Positions 21,199-33,800 of a stretch of DNA of 64,000 bases are shown piece after piece. Origin of the DNA: Amphiscolops sp. MND2022 (lineage: Eukaryota); the NCBI GenBank assembly GCA_964187785.1, contig OZ076409.1:83206001-83270000 (forward strand). Direction: 5' to 3'. The position numbers and the translations under genes are program-made. Positions within the stretch are counted from its first letter, which is position 1, and every line of letters starts with the position of its first letter. The notes under the pieces were generated by a model. It saw only the letters and a list, made by a program, of their open reading frames with translations. It ran no database searches and was not told the origin of the DNA.

Positions 21199-22619
21199 TT
21201 TTTTGATTCGTCTGTGGGTTGAGTTGTTGTTTGTTGAGTTGAGGAGTCCATTTTGCGTTCCTGCGTATTATGACGTTTGGGTCGGGGGTCGTTGGCCGAG
21301 TTGGCTCCATTCCAACAATCTTCTGTTTTGTGATGTTTTCCACAGGTATCACCCTTGATCATTTTGCGTGCGCCGTTGCTAGCTCGTCCGTTCTTTTTCC
21401 AAGTTTGTAGCCATCTGTCGCGTTTCAGTTTTCTGCATTCGGCCTTGTAGTGTCCGAATTTGTTACAATAAAAGCAGTTCTGCATCGAGTTCTCAACTAG
21501 TTTTGTCTCAGCTTTTGTTGGAGCCGATTCTGTTTTATTTAGTGGTACCAGAGTCACTTCGTCTGGTGCTCAAGGCCGTTAAGTCACATTTCGCTCCAAT
21601 TGGACTACGATGTCATTATATGGTTTGTCCTCAAGATACGCCCTGTTGAGGATTTTCTTTACATGATCAGGCATTTTCGCATAGATTGCTTTGTCAATGA
21701 ATTGTTGAGCTTCCGATCCAAAAGCTTCTTTCGCTGTTTTTTGAAGCACGTCCAAAAATTTATGTAGTTTTTGTGTTGAAGGGTCAAATTTGAGTGAGTC
21801 CCACTCGCATCTGGCTTTTGCCATTGACAAGTAATCGCCAAAACGACGTTCAAAAATTGTCATTATTTCGTGTAACGAGTCCTTTTTCGAGTCCTCAATG
21901 TTGCAGAACGCCTGGAGGGCGTCTCCTTTGAGTAACGAGTGGAAGTAGTTAGTTTTTTGAAGTTCCGTAAGATGCGGGTACGATTCTATGTTATTACGGA
22001 ATAGGTCTTCAAAAAGTTTAATTTTTTCGGATTTCCCATCGAAGGTTGGGAGTGATGCCGTTAGGGCTTTTGGCATAGGTAGCGTGTTGGAGTCATTCTT
22101 TTCCGCTCCAAATAGTGTTCTGGCCACCGCTGGACGTTCTTTTGACGCTGGTTGACTTTGGGACCTTATTTTCGGTCTTTTCGGTTGGTTAGTGGAGTCG
22201 TTTGAAACTCCTGTCACCATGTTACGACTACTACACGAATCGTTGTTTTGGGTGGAGTTAATTCTAACTGATTTAGTTGGGGTATGGAAACTCCTAGTTT
22301 CGTTCTCTGTTTCTTCTTCAGTACTTTCCCTAACGTTTTCTCTTATTTCATGCTTGAGGAGTCTTAGCATTTCCTTTTGGGATTCTACAAGGAGATTTTA
22401 GATCTCAGACGTGATCTCTTCCTTCAGAGAGGCTCGTAAACTTTCTAAGAGGCTACCTTCTTTTCTTGGAGATTTCGGTCTTGACGGGCCTGCATCGCCT
22501 ACTTCTTGGTCTAAAGGACAAGAGTTTTCTACCATGACCGGTGAAACAAAACCTTCACTTACGTTTTCAACAACCTCCTGCTGGTTGTTTCTTCTTTTCT
22601 GACTTCTAATTGTAGACAT
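21195..22619 (-). pseudogene. gag: Gag of element B, fragmented; starts in the LTR
   Basis: MSTIRSQKRR start homologous to A; LPTFDGKSEK; CFYCNKFGHYKAEC knuckle; internal stop and frameshift. Confidence 0.9.
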
Positions 22620-24654
22620 CTTGTTGAAAATACTTCGATTTTGTAATTTCAATTGATTTCTGAGAGTTTATTTCAAGACAGTTGAGACAAGACAGAGGAA
22701 AGTTTTAGCAACTATATATCGCAAGAACAAACGACTGAGTCACTTAATCATCAAATTTTATCGTATTTATACCTTCCCAGCATCATGTGATCACGACTTA
22801 AATCACTAATTTTCTTCGAACATTTAGTCATTTCTTGTTTCATCGATGAAAAAATCATGAAGATCCTGAAATTGCGTCCACATTTCGTCAAATTTTAAGA
22901 CACGACTACAATTTTCCGATATTAGTCACTTATCACGAACATATCATTTCATCCCGGCGTCCTTTTGCTTCCTCCCAAACAGGAAATAGATATTACTTCA
23001 CTTTATCAAACCGGAAATTATTCCGTTTTACTGTTTGGTTCGCGGGAAATTGACGCTGAGATGACGCCGACGTGAACAACTAATACCTGATTTTGATTTT
23101 CAACTTGAGAAAGATATGACTAATTTCCAAACTATGATTGCTTAAGCGATGCTAGGACAATTTTTTATGGATTTGGACTCACTCTTTATGCTTGAATTAA
23201 GATTGGAATAGTAATATTAAATACATTCATCATCAAAAATTTAGTCCTGACACGACAAGTGCGACAAGTTTATGTATTAGATTCAACGAAACATGAAAAC
23301 TTCAAACATCAACTTGAACAGTAGTATAGGGATGAGAGCGCTTTCTATCCGCAGATTCACTTTTGAGATAGCACAAAACTCAAAGTACCCAGTAAAAATG
23401 GTGTTTTACAAATCTCGATGGTTTAAAAGCACGTTGAATATAACACCAACATGTTAGCAAACGTCGTATAAAATAGACTGGTACAAATGTTTAGCAAATA
23501 ATAAGTTTACAGTTTACATCATTGTTGGGGGTAAAGAAAATACCTTTTTGTCACGAAAATGTGGTTATTTATCCATTAGTGAAAAACATAAACTGTGACT
23601 CTACCTAGGATCAGAAAAGAAAATCATTGATTCTAGATCATTTAACGCGTTTAGAATAACGACAATTTAATTTATGAGGAACTATCGCAAAGCCTATATT
23701 TTTTTCTTTAACTAGGTACGTTAGTAGCACATTCATTTTATAACTTAGGTTGAATCGTAAATGTTATTTCCTCTGAAAATACGGCTTATAACAGTGAATT
23801 CCCCAATCATTTTGGTTAAAACACTTAATTCGTCTAATTTCATAAACTTGTCAACGTCATGTTGACGAGTTTCTTTGGCAGAATTTAAGCTTCAAAAACT
23901 TGTCAACGTCATGTTGACGAGTTTGCTTGGAAGAAATGAGATTTTGACTAGTTTGACGTAATGCTGACGAGTATTTTGAACTAGGTTCTAGCTAGTTAGC
24001 TGCCGGCGCTGTGACGTCATACTGGCGGAAAATTGGTATTAGTATAGGCGGATAATTGGAATGATTTCCTGGTACGAATAGGCGAGGCAGTGACGTCAAT
24101 TGGTATACCTTCAAACTTGTCTGCGTCTTACTGACGACAAATATACATGTATCCTTAATTCTTCAGCCGCATTGTTTGCTCAGCGCAATATTGACGTCCT
24201 AAACCACAGTAATTGCTGTTCAAACGCAATTAAGTAGCCTTCTTCTGACGGAGGTGTGCTTTCTTACATGTATACAAAAGTATCATTTTAGACCTGAATA
24301 TGTAGTCTTTTATGGGTAATTTGCGTCAGAATTCTATTTAGATTAGGCTATGGTTTTATTTCAAAAGGTGTTTTAATTTAATTTTCAGGTGGCGAATGTT
24401 TTATTTTGACGTGGCAAAAACGTCTTGCCGGAAATGAGTGAAAACATTTTAGATCATTTTATTTCTTATTTTTATTTCTTATTCAGGATTTGCGCAAGGC
24501 AGATGAATATTTTGTATTTCCAGTCACAGTTAATTTATTCTTATGAGAGTTTAGAATCCAAAATACCTTTTTAAAAGCTTTGCAGTACAACCATGGCCTC
24601 TTCCGTAGCCAACTCGTCTACAACCGCATTCCAGTCCGCAAGCGGACTGTGACA
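22220..24654 (-). repeat. 5' LTR of element B (about 2435 bp)
   Basis: The TGTTACGA boundary is shared with 15759. The right end ...GTGACA is followed by the TSD. Confidence 0.9.
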
Positions 24655-24870
24655 AGATTACGTTAAAAAAGTAAAAAAATGAAAGCGGGACCCTTTGCAC
24701 TAATTTCCGCTGTCCGGACTTGGCCTTACGGCCTTGGTAGATTTAGTAGTTTCTGTTGTAAGAAAAGTGGACCAATCAGAGTGAGATTGTTGTCTGACGA
24801 AAAAAAAAGAAATAAAAACTAGCCACTGTAATAGTCGGGCACTTTTCACTAGAAAAGCGCCGACTAAAAA

Positions 24871-25314
24871 ACAAAAATTTCTGAAAACTTTTTCACATTT
24901 TTTTTTGGTTTTTTGATTTCTTTGTTGGAAAAAACCGTTTTCAAATCCTTAAAACTGACATCTTTAGTTATTTTTTGGTCCTATGGGACTAATGAAAAGT
25001 TTCACAAAACCCGGGAAAAAGACCTACGGTTTTATCGACACTAAGCTACTTTTTTCAAAAAAAACATTCGGCCAAAAGGTATCCCATAAACTTCTCAAAA
25101 CGTTTTTGGTGTCTTCTATAGTGTTTTTCGGCGTTAAGCAACTTTGATTGACAGCAAAAAACAGTACGATCTTCAATTATTTGGGTTTTTCTGACGTTCC
25201 AATGGTCGAATCTCAAGGGTAACCCTTCTGGTATGTCGGCCCCGAAAACTTCCAACGCTTTCCTTGTTTTGAATATTGAGCGGGATGCAGACTTGGACAT
25301 TTCCCGACTTGTTT
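24871..25314 (+). mobile_element. Fragment of a second, related HINE-like family
   Basis: Ends GCAGACTTGGACATTTCCCGACTTGTTT, resembling the HINE 3' end GCCGACTTCAGACGTTCCCGTCTTGTTT. Confidence 0.35.
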
Positions 25315-25603
25315 GCCTACTAGAGTAGTGTTGCGGGCTTTCGAACGTCGCTTCAGTCATACTTTTTTTGCAATACGAGTGTGGTAAAAAGATGAAGGTG
25401 CTTAGCCCGTTCTCCTTTTCGCCTATCTGGAGGTATGAATATCATGGAAATATAATTTCAACAAGAAGCGCAGTGGTATTACGACATAAATTTGTACAAT
25501 CTGCGAACCTGCAATTAGAAATGAATCAGACACTTTCAGTCCTCTCAAATGTTTGACGGAAAACGCAACCAGGAAATATAATCCAAAAAAACTCTACTCA
25601 TCT

Positions 25604-27099
25604 TGTCGCAGCCTAGAGCTTGCTTTGGATCCGCTGTGCAGCATTGAAGGCAAATGACTCACCCATCTGCAGTGAATTCAGAGAAAACTCATCGCTTCAT
25701 GAAACTTAAATTGTATGGATTTATACATAACTTTTGATTATCAGCTATGTCTGAATTTGTTTGCTATTGTCGCTAGCCATATTTGTAAAACAATACTCTT
25801 TCATAAATCGTTTACCAGATGTTACATGGTGTTAACTTATTTGACGCATAATACTGTTTAGTGTGGATTTTCGTGAAAAGAATAAATTATATGTGGCTTC
25901 TATGTAACATTAATGCATACTGATTTAAGTATTTGAATTGAATTGCTGTACTAAGTTTTCAGCATATTGCAGTACAATTTCACATTTTCAAAATTCCTAA
26001 TCATGGCATTTGAGAGTATGATCCATCATAACATTTTGATCACGCATGCAGTAATATGTTGGAATTAATACTTGCACTACATGTGAGTCATACTACGTGT
26101 GGCCACATTTTTCTCATTGACGTTGAACGAATCGGTACAGTTAGTGTGATGACCAATCAAAATGCAGGAAAATATTCGTCATGCAGGAATCTATTTATAG
26201 AAGTGATGTAACTTACAAACCTATTTTTATATCAGATTGGGTACTATTTTTAGTAATTACATAATCGTGATGTAATCATGACATTCCAAAAATTGGTTGT
26301 CATGCCGTTAAAATTAGCCCAAATCAAAAAGGAGAATAAAAAACCCAATATTATTCATTCAACAGAAAACTTTCAGACTGGTCAGACCTTTCTTTCATCC
26401 TCACAACCTTTGTTTCAATTTTGATAACTTGCCATTATGCGCATTTTCTTCAACTTTATTTCAACCCAATTTTAATTTGTTCATCATTGTAATTGAAATT
26501 CTTCTCTCCGAAACAGCATTTTAACCTGACTAAAATGGGTAACAAGAGAAATAGAAGATCTAGACGAGGACAATCACCCTCCCTTGAGAGATAGTTGAGC
26601 ACATCCGAAATAGAAACATCACAAGGTAATGAAACTGTTATCGGAACTTTAAGTAAGTTTGAAAATGTTAGTTCAGTTAGAGACGAAGAAATAGCTCTAG
26701 ACAGTGGAACACAAAATGAAAACGAAATGCAAATTTGGACCCAAAGAAAATCAGATAAAACGAACAAAGAAGTAGCAAACTTAAGAAAAGAAATGGATGA
26801 AAAACCAGAGAAAATACTGAAAGAGATGAAAAATAACAGAAGAACACAATCCGTACCAAACAGACGATATCGAGAACAAAACACCCCGAGAGCAGGAACC
26901 TCAAAATACGCAAGTAATGAGGACGATGGAGAAAACGCATCTGAGCCAGCAAATCAAGAATGTGAAATACAGGATAATCTTTTCAGGCCATCTAATTTAA
27001 ACGAACTTAGAACGCCAATACAACCTTTGAACATACAAAACCTTGATCTAAATGGCTCTGTGGTCATAAATGAGGACCGCACAGGAGAGGATTATCACA
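25604..27099 (+). repeat. 5' LTR of element C
   Basis: TGTCGCA...ATCACA; repeated at offset 23253 with scattered substitutions. Confidence 0.93.
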
Positions 27100-28180
27100 T
27101 GGTGACAGGAGCTACTAAACCACTTCATCGTCAAAGCTCAAACAATACAACAACAACACACAATGAACATCTGATTGCTGAACCACTCAACATTCAGCAA
27201 GACCCTGTTAACCAAACAGCATAGCTATTGAGAAATTAGCGAGTCGTAATTCACAACCATCTCTCTTTCATCCAAAAAATACACTCACTTTCAATGGGAA
27301 ATTGAAAAAGAATGAGAAATATTCGAATTTCTCATTCTTTTCCAATTTCCCATTGAAAGTGAGTGTATTTTTTGGATTTGGAAGATCTTTTCCACACAAC
27401 ACTCAGAATGCAACCCGCATTAACTGAGGAAATGAAAATAAATCATTTTCACGCGCATTTGCGTGGATTAGCATTGAAAACATTCAAAAATATTCAACGA
27501 ACAACAACCACACTTGAAGATATACTGGTAGTGTTCCGGAGAAAATATGTCAATCCCGAATCTAGAGCGTTCGCAAAACATAAATTTCATCGCTTGACCC
27601 GGAACGCCAGAAACTACCAGACTTCTTAGATGAATTACAAGAAAGCGCCGAAAAAATCTTCGATGACATTGCATCACAAATGATAGAAAGTCTATTATAT
27701 GCAAAATGCCACCACACTTGAAACGTTCTATTAATCAAGCCTATCTTGAGAATGGAACAAACGAGCAAATAGTCCAACATCTCGAACGTGAGATGGAATT
27801 AAACGGACTTGAATCAGAGAACACTGGCGTTAAAACGCAAATGGCAGTAATAAACAAACCAGCAGAAGACAAACCAACGCAGCAGAAAACAGCAACAACA
27901 AAAAAAGAAGCAACAAACACCAAAAACGGTGCCCAACAATACATTGCAAGGTGACCAATGCCGTTTTTGTACACAAGGCACAAGTCAGCAGACTGCGCTA
28001 AACTAGCAAAACGTCGTAAGCTGGAAGAAGACCATGATGCCATACGCTGTACGCATTGTAACGCACCAGGACCATCGAAGTGGACACTAACCGAAGCACA
28101 GAAAAAACTCACTGAAAATTACAAAAACTCCATTAAACACATTAACCATCAAAATCATTGAAGGATATAATTTAATAAAG
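26535..28180 (+). pseudogene. gag: Gag of element C, fragmented; starts in the LTR
   Basis: Begins MGNKRNRRSRR and reads EDYHMVTGA across the LTR end and PBS. EDLFHTTLRMQPALTEEMKINHFH and MPPHLKRSINQAYLE are homologous to A gag. Confidence 0.85.
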
Positions 28181-28702
28181 CCACGCCGCACAAAATCAGA
28201 GGAGAAAGCTGACTGGCAGCATCCAACTCCTCACCCAACAAAAACAAACACTTTCACACAACACACCGACTCTCAGACTCAAGAAACTCAACAACATGAA
28301 TCAGAGGAACTTGTATGAAATATACAGAGACGCCCCTGACAGATACATAACCACAAATCTTGACAAACGTAACGAAAAAATACCAAAAACTCTGTCTGAA
28401 TCTGAACACGAAACCTCACCACAAAATTTCTCAGAATCTCTTCCGAAAAACATTTTTGAAACTCTCCAAACACAAGACCCATCTGAAATACCAACTGAAC
28501 CTGCATCAATACAAAAATTACCCCTCAATGATGATGAATTTCAAAATCATCTTACGATTATTGAAGAAACAGATATACTAATGCTTCTTCTATCAACCAA
28601 CCTGACACTAAAAAGCCAACGCCATATGTATTACTGGAGCTCTCACGAGTGCAATATCGGAACAAGATCTATATAAAATCAAACTCCTTGCACCAGAAGC
28701 AA

Positions 28703-29028
28703 TGTTGCGGTAGCAATATCGTTAATTTAAAATAAACAAATAATAAGGCGCTATAGCATAGAGGATGCGCGTTAGCCTTCCGGTCATAAGGTCTCGGGTT
28801 CGACTCCCGGACATGTAAAATATTTTATATTTTGGAAATATTTCTCCAATTTCGGTAAAAATACTCTCGAAAAGGCCTTGCTATTCAGATTAAAAAGTGA
28901 CTCATATTCTCATGTTTGTGTGATCAAGTTTTCGTTTTGGCGGTGATAATCTTCTCATTCAATTCATTGTTATTTAATTTTGATTGACAATACAATACAT
29001 TCTTTAGTTCGTTTTCTAAAGAATTTCA
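28703..29028 (+). repeat. BEL 5' LTR
   Basis: TGTTGCGG...ATTTCA direct repeat. Confidence 0.96.
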
Positions 29029-29826
29029 TGGTGGCCATTCACGGTGTTTATTTCGAAAAAACTTGCTACTTTTCGGAGTCTACGACTATCCAAGCAGAAT
29101 GCGTCTTAAATGTGAAAGGTTTCACACTTAGCAAGTCCCCCCAAGAGTTTGACGTTTGGTGTTTACGTTCCTGAAGTTAAACTAACTTGAAATTGTTGAA
29201 ACTTCAGAGCTCAACTCAATTCAGTGTAACCAGATGTGTCAAACTTTGTTTCGTTTTATCTGACAAGACTTCAACTTCAAGTTTCATCATAACTGCGGTC
29301 GATGGGATCCTACACGTTGTGCGAAAACCAACCAATCTTATTTAATTATTACTAATTATAACCAAATTATAACAAACTCGAACCCACTTTTGTCACTGTT
29401 TCGAGCCCAAATATCACCCTGCATCGAAATGACACTGGTGTATGAAATTATTAGTCAACTTTGAAAGAAGAGAGAGTTTCCACAGAATTTCACTGACGAA
29501 GAAGATATCACTCATTTTCGTTAGCCGCAGTTAGAAGTTATTACTTTTGGAGACCACTTCAGCAACTTTTTCCCCAAGTGCCAAAGTTTTGCCATTATCC
29601 GGAGATATCCAAGTCGACAATCAAGGATGTCTGGTTGTGAGTAACTGGTTGTGAATACCGACAATCTACCTGGTTGTGAGTAACTGAAAGAAAAACGTAA
29701 ACTTCAACTGCCTTTTCGAATTTGTGTTATAATTTTGAGATTGTTTCTACCCATAGCAAGGCCTTTGATCAATACAAAAAAAATCAACAACAACGTTTCA
29801 TGCTGAAAAAAAAAGTAAAATAACTC

Positions 29827-30486
29827 ATGGTATTTATTGTAGCGGCAAGCTCTCTTCACCATGCTCTCGATACAATACCCTCCGAAAAAAGACTTGCCTA
29901 TAAAGAAAAAATCTTTACAATTCCGGGCCTTAGTTTGAATTGTCACGCAAAAAACCCACAAAAAATTGTTCAAAATTTGTTGCGCCAAGATTTCGCTGAA
30001 AAAACTGAGATTGTTATTTGGCATGATGTGCTGAATAATAGCTTGTCAAAACACAAAAGCAACAATTTTCGAGCGCTGTCTGTTTCTGAGTTACTAGAAA
30101 TTTTGAAATCTCTTGAAAACAAACTCCGGGCTCTTGTGTATTGCCACCGAATTCGAACGCCCGACATTTCCGATGTTCTAAAAAGGCAAAGCATTCCTGT
30201 TTTCCGAATTGAAACCGATTTCTTTTCGACAAGAAAACAAAACGATCCGAAAATTTTGAACGAATTGAAGGCAATACACCAGAGACCTGAGTTTGAGCTC
30301 AAGTATTTGGACATCATTCTCCGAAACGAAACCGATCTAGCGCAGATTACAGCCAAAAGTCGCCCTAAGCGACCGAGTAAACATGCCCGTAAGGCTTTGA
30401 AGAACGCTGCTTCAAAACAGAGTGAAGTTTCTTCCTCCCAAACACTTCGTTGTTGTGACAGTGTCCAGACTTCATTGTCAGGTTGA
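29827..30486 (+). CDS. Extra ORF upstream of BEL gag, 219 aa, SGNH/GDSL-hydrolase-like fold (tentative)
   Basis: Intact ATG ORF with VFIVAASS, IPGLSL, IVIWHDVLNN and KAIH at positions consistent with SGNH blocks I, II, III and V. Basic C-terminal tail. Confidence 0.6.
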   Translation: MVFIVAASSLHHALDTIPSEKRLAYKEKIFTIPGLSLNCHAKNPQKIVQNLLRQDFAEKTEIVIWHDVLNNSLSKHKSNNFRALSVSELLEILKSLENKLRALVYCHRIRTPDISDVLKRQSIPVFRIETDFFSTRKQNDPKILNELKAIHQRPEFELKYLDIILRNETDLAQITAKSRPKRPSKHARKALKNAASKQSEVSSSQTLRCCDSVQTSLSG

Positions 30487-30892
30487 AGTCGCAACAACTT
30501 TCTCCAAGTTTTGGACTGTGTCCGGACTTGACTGTCTGGTTGACGTTCAAAACGAATTTTTCCATACCATAATTGTGTGTTATGCGCTCCTCCCGTCTTC
30601 TACCTCCCTCGTAGTTTCTTAGCACCTACATTTAACCCAAAAAAAAACAATTAACCGCTTTCCAACCGCAACATCCTCCACAACATTTAGTACTAGTGGT
30701 TTTCTTTGAACTGTAATCTTTAATTAATTGACAATAGCATAGTTGACTTTCAGAGCTGTGTCCGGACTTAGTTGTCTGGTTGATGTTCTGTAAGTGATTC
30801 TGCTGTTTCGACAATTACTGAGTGCTGGGAACGCTACAGTACGTGTCCTCATAATACACTATTTTGATCCAAAAAATTGGAAATCGATTATA

Positions 30893-33800
30893 ATGGCTGA
30901 TCCGATGAAAGAGAAAGTCTCCAAACTGCATGATAGCCGCGCTAAAGCAGAAGCGGAGCTCAACAAAATCCATCAAAAACTCAATGACGCTATTGAAAAT
31001 ACCGAACGACGTGTTCGAGTTGACCGATTAGTCACCTCGTGTGAGGAAGCTATGACTAAAGCCTACGCAAAGAACGAACTACTCCTTGACCTAGCCAACA
31101 AATCAACCAACCCAGAGTCAGTGAAGCCAGACTTAGAAAAGTGGTTAAACGACGTTGCTGTCAAAAACGATGAAATACTGAAGAAAGCTCGCGAATATCT
31201 GGATAATTGTCGGAAAGCAGACAACGCTTCACAAACTTCAGTAACTCCCTCGACACAAAAGACGAAGTCCAGTAAAGTTTCAAGCTCTCTTCGATCTAAG
31301 ACGTCGAGTCAAAGACAGAAAGAGCTACTTCTTGCCAAGCAAAGGCGTGAAGAGATCGAGAAGCAAAATGAAGCTGCACTCCGACTAACTCAACAGAAGC
31401 AAGATCTTGAACTCAAACGAATGCAACAGGAACAAGAGCGTCTCAAGGAAGAACTTGCACTTAGGGTCGCCGAGGTGCAGGAAGAGAACCGTAAAAAGCT
31501 GGCCGAAGCAACACTGATTGAATTAGAACTTCAAGATGATCTGTCGGAGACAAATGAAGAATTCCAGGAGACGTTATCACAGTTGAGTAGGGAAAGTCAT
31601 GGACATCAGTCAACCAGAGTTAATGACTGGGTTAATAATTCTCCCACTCTGACATCTGCAACCAATCAGTGTGCCCCTGAAGCACCAGTTGTTGGATCGA
31701 ATCAGGAACCGACCGTTGCTACGCAGTCGTTACCCATAGCTTCATCAAACGAAAACGCTGTTGGTTCATCGCCTACATTTGGTACAGTGCAACATACTAT
31801 ACCATCCCAAAGGGAATATACCACAGTACAGGCTCCTTTGTCGCTTGCAACAACTGAGCCATTAAACCGACCTATCAACATGAACGTTGGTTTACCTGGC
31901 CAGTCTCAGGTTTTGCCCGGTCAAACTGGTTTAATCGCTACTAGCTCAGCTGCTGCAGGTTTGTTGTTGAACAATACTAGCATTTTGCCGCATCCTTGGC
32001 CTTCAACAAGTATCGCTTCAGCTCCAACAATAGCTCAACCTCGAGCTAATCCGATAGTCACACTGCCGATGAACCACGTTTTACCTAACTTGTCAGCCTG
32101 GAGTTTTCCGGTCGTCAAAACTGCACAACATACGACGGTCACCCCGGTGGTGCCACTTCCCACTTCAACCTTACCAACAACCACCCCCGCCAACAATAGT
32201 GCTTTATCTACAGCACCCGTTTTCCCAATATCAAGTGGAGGAACCGTTTTCTACGTGCAACCGACTGCCATGGCAACATCGACAGTAAGCTGTAGTGAAC
32301 CTCAAACTTCAACAACGTTTCCAAGTGTTACTGCCCCTTCCTTTGTACCTGCAAGTTCGTTTACTTTGCCCCAACCGTCTGTAAACAGCTTCACAATGCA
32401 AGACCTTGCACAACTTTTGTCATCGACGAAGAAAGACCATCTCCCAGAGTGGAAACTGGCCCAATTTAATGGCGACTCTCTTCAATGGCATGAGTGGTTT
32501 GGCCAGTTCAAGAGTGCCATTGACTCATCTCCACTCACAGACGACGTGAAGCTTACATATTTGAAGACGCTTGTTACGGGGAAAGCAAAAACGGCAATTG
32601 CTGAGTTCGCGTACTGCGGGACAATGTACAAGGACGCACTGAAGACTCTGGAAAGGAAATTCGGCCAACCACAGGCAGTGGTCAGTGCCTACTTGGACAA
32701 ATTAGCGAATGTTCCACCGGTGAAAATGCATAATAGCGAAAGCATCATAAGTTATGCAGCTACAATTGGTTCCTTGGTTGGTGTTTTCAGATCTTTGAAC
32801 TACGTTCAAGATCTTTCGAGTGCTTCACTGCTCGGTCAAGCGGTCCAAAAGCTTCCGCCGAACTTGAAAGAAGGGTGGTCAATGCATACAGTGAAACGCG
32901 ATTTGGTCCGACCGACTCTGATTGACTTCAACGATTGGCTGAAGGACAAAGCAGAAGCTCACGAGAGGATGAAAGCTTCCTCAGGAAAACCCAAAGTTGA
33001 AGAAACTCCAACCGGAAACGTAACGAAAACCAAGACCAATTCTAAAGTGTTCGCTGCAACAACAACTTCCACTAAAAATACCATCGCAACCAAGCCGTCA
33101 ACCCAGAAATTCCAAGTCACTTGTGTAGTTTGTAAAGATAAGCATCCGTTGTGGCGATGTCAAGTGTTCAGAAAGAAGACTCCAACTGAAAGAGCGAAAG
33201 TTGTGGCCGAAAACAAACTTTGTTTCTCATGCTTTAATGGACAACACTCTTTCCGCAATTGCCCCCAGCCACGCAAATGCACCAAAGATGGCTGTGGAAG
33301 TACACACAACACTTTGCTACATGGTGCAGAGAAGATTTTCCCGAGAAAATCTGAATCTGGGAAAGCAGGCAATGGTGAAGCAACTACTTGTAGCGTAACG
33401 ACAGCGACCCAAAAGAAAGACGAAGTCACCTCATGCCTCCCTTCCATCTCTGATGTGAAAGGATTATTACAAATAACGGAAGTGGAATTGTAAACTTCTG
33501 AGAATTCTGCAAAAGTTTTAGTTTTGTGCGACTCAGCGTGTAGCCATTCTTGGATTTCCTCCGAGCTAGCTGACAAACTTGACGTGCGCGGCACGCCGAC
33601 CAAACTGACTGTACACGGAATTAACTCCAATAAAGTTGTTGACACTCAAATGGTCGAGCTCAAGTTGACACCGGTTCATTCGGGTGGCTCTTGCTCCTCC
33701 TTTACTGTCAAACCTTATGTGCGGGATCAACTGACTATTGGAAACGATGTAATTGACGTAGATGAGTTGAAGACTCGCTATCCCCATTTAGAACCAATCG

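Larger units (their letters stand above)
15759..24654 (-). mobile_element. Ty3/Gypsy LTR retrotransposon B, decayed and internally deleted
   Basis: 5-bp TSD AGATT at 15754-58 and 24655-59, TG..CA ends and PBS at 22207-22219. Gag and pol are homologous to A but carry stops and frameshifts. Confidence 0.93.
15472..24870 (-). mobile_element. HINE-like element split by the insertion of Gypsy B (halves 15472-15758 and 24655-24870)
   Basis: Left end AACAAGACGAGAACGTCTGAAGTCGGCGCT and right end GAAAAGCGCCGACTAAAAA match the uninterrupted copy at 55839..56441. Confidence 0.7.

Noticed and set aside
28745..28815. Functional tRNA gene
   Set aside because: The T-arm and boxes are present but I could not form convincing acceptor and anticodon stems; reported as tRNA-like only.
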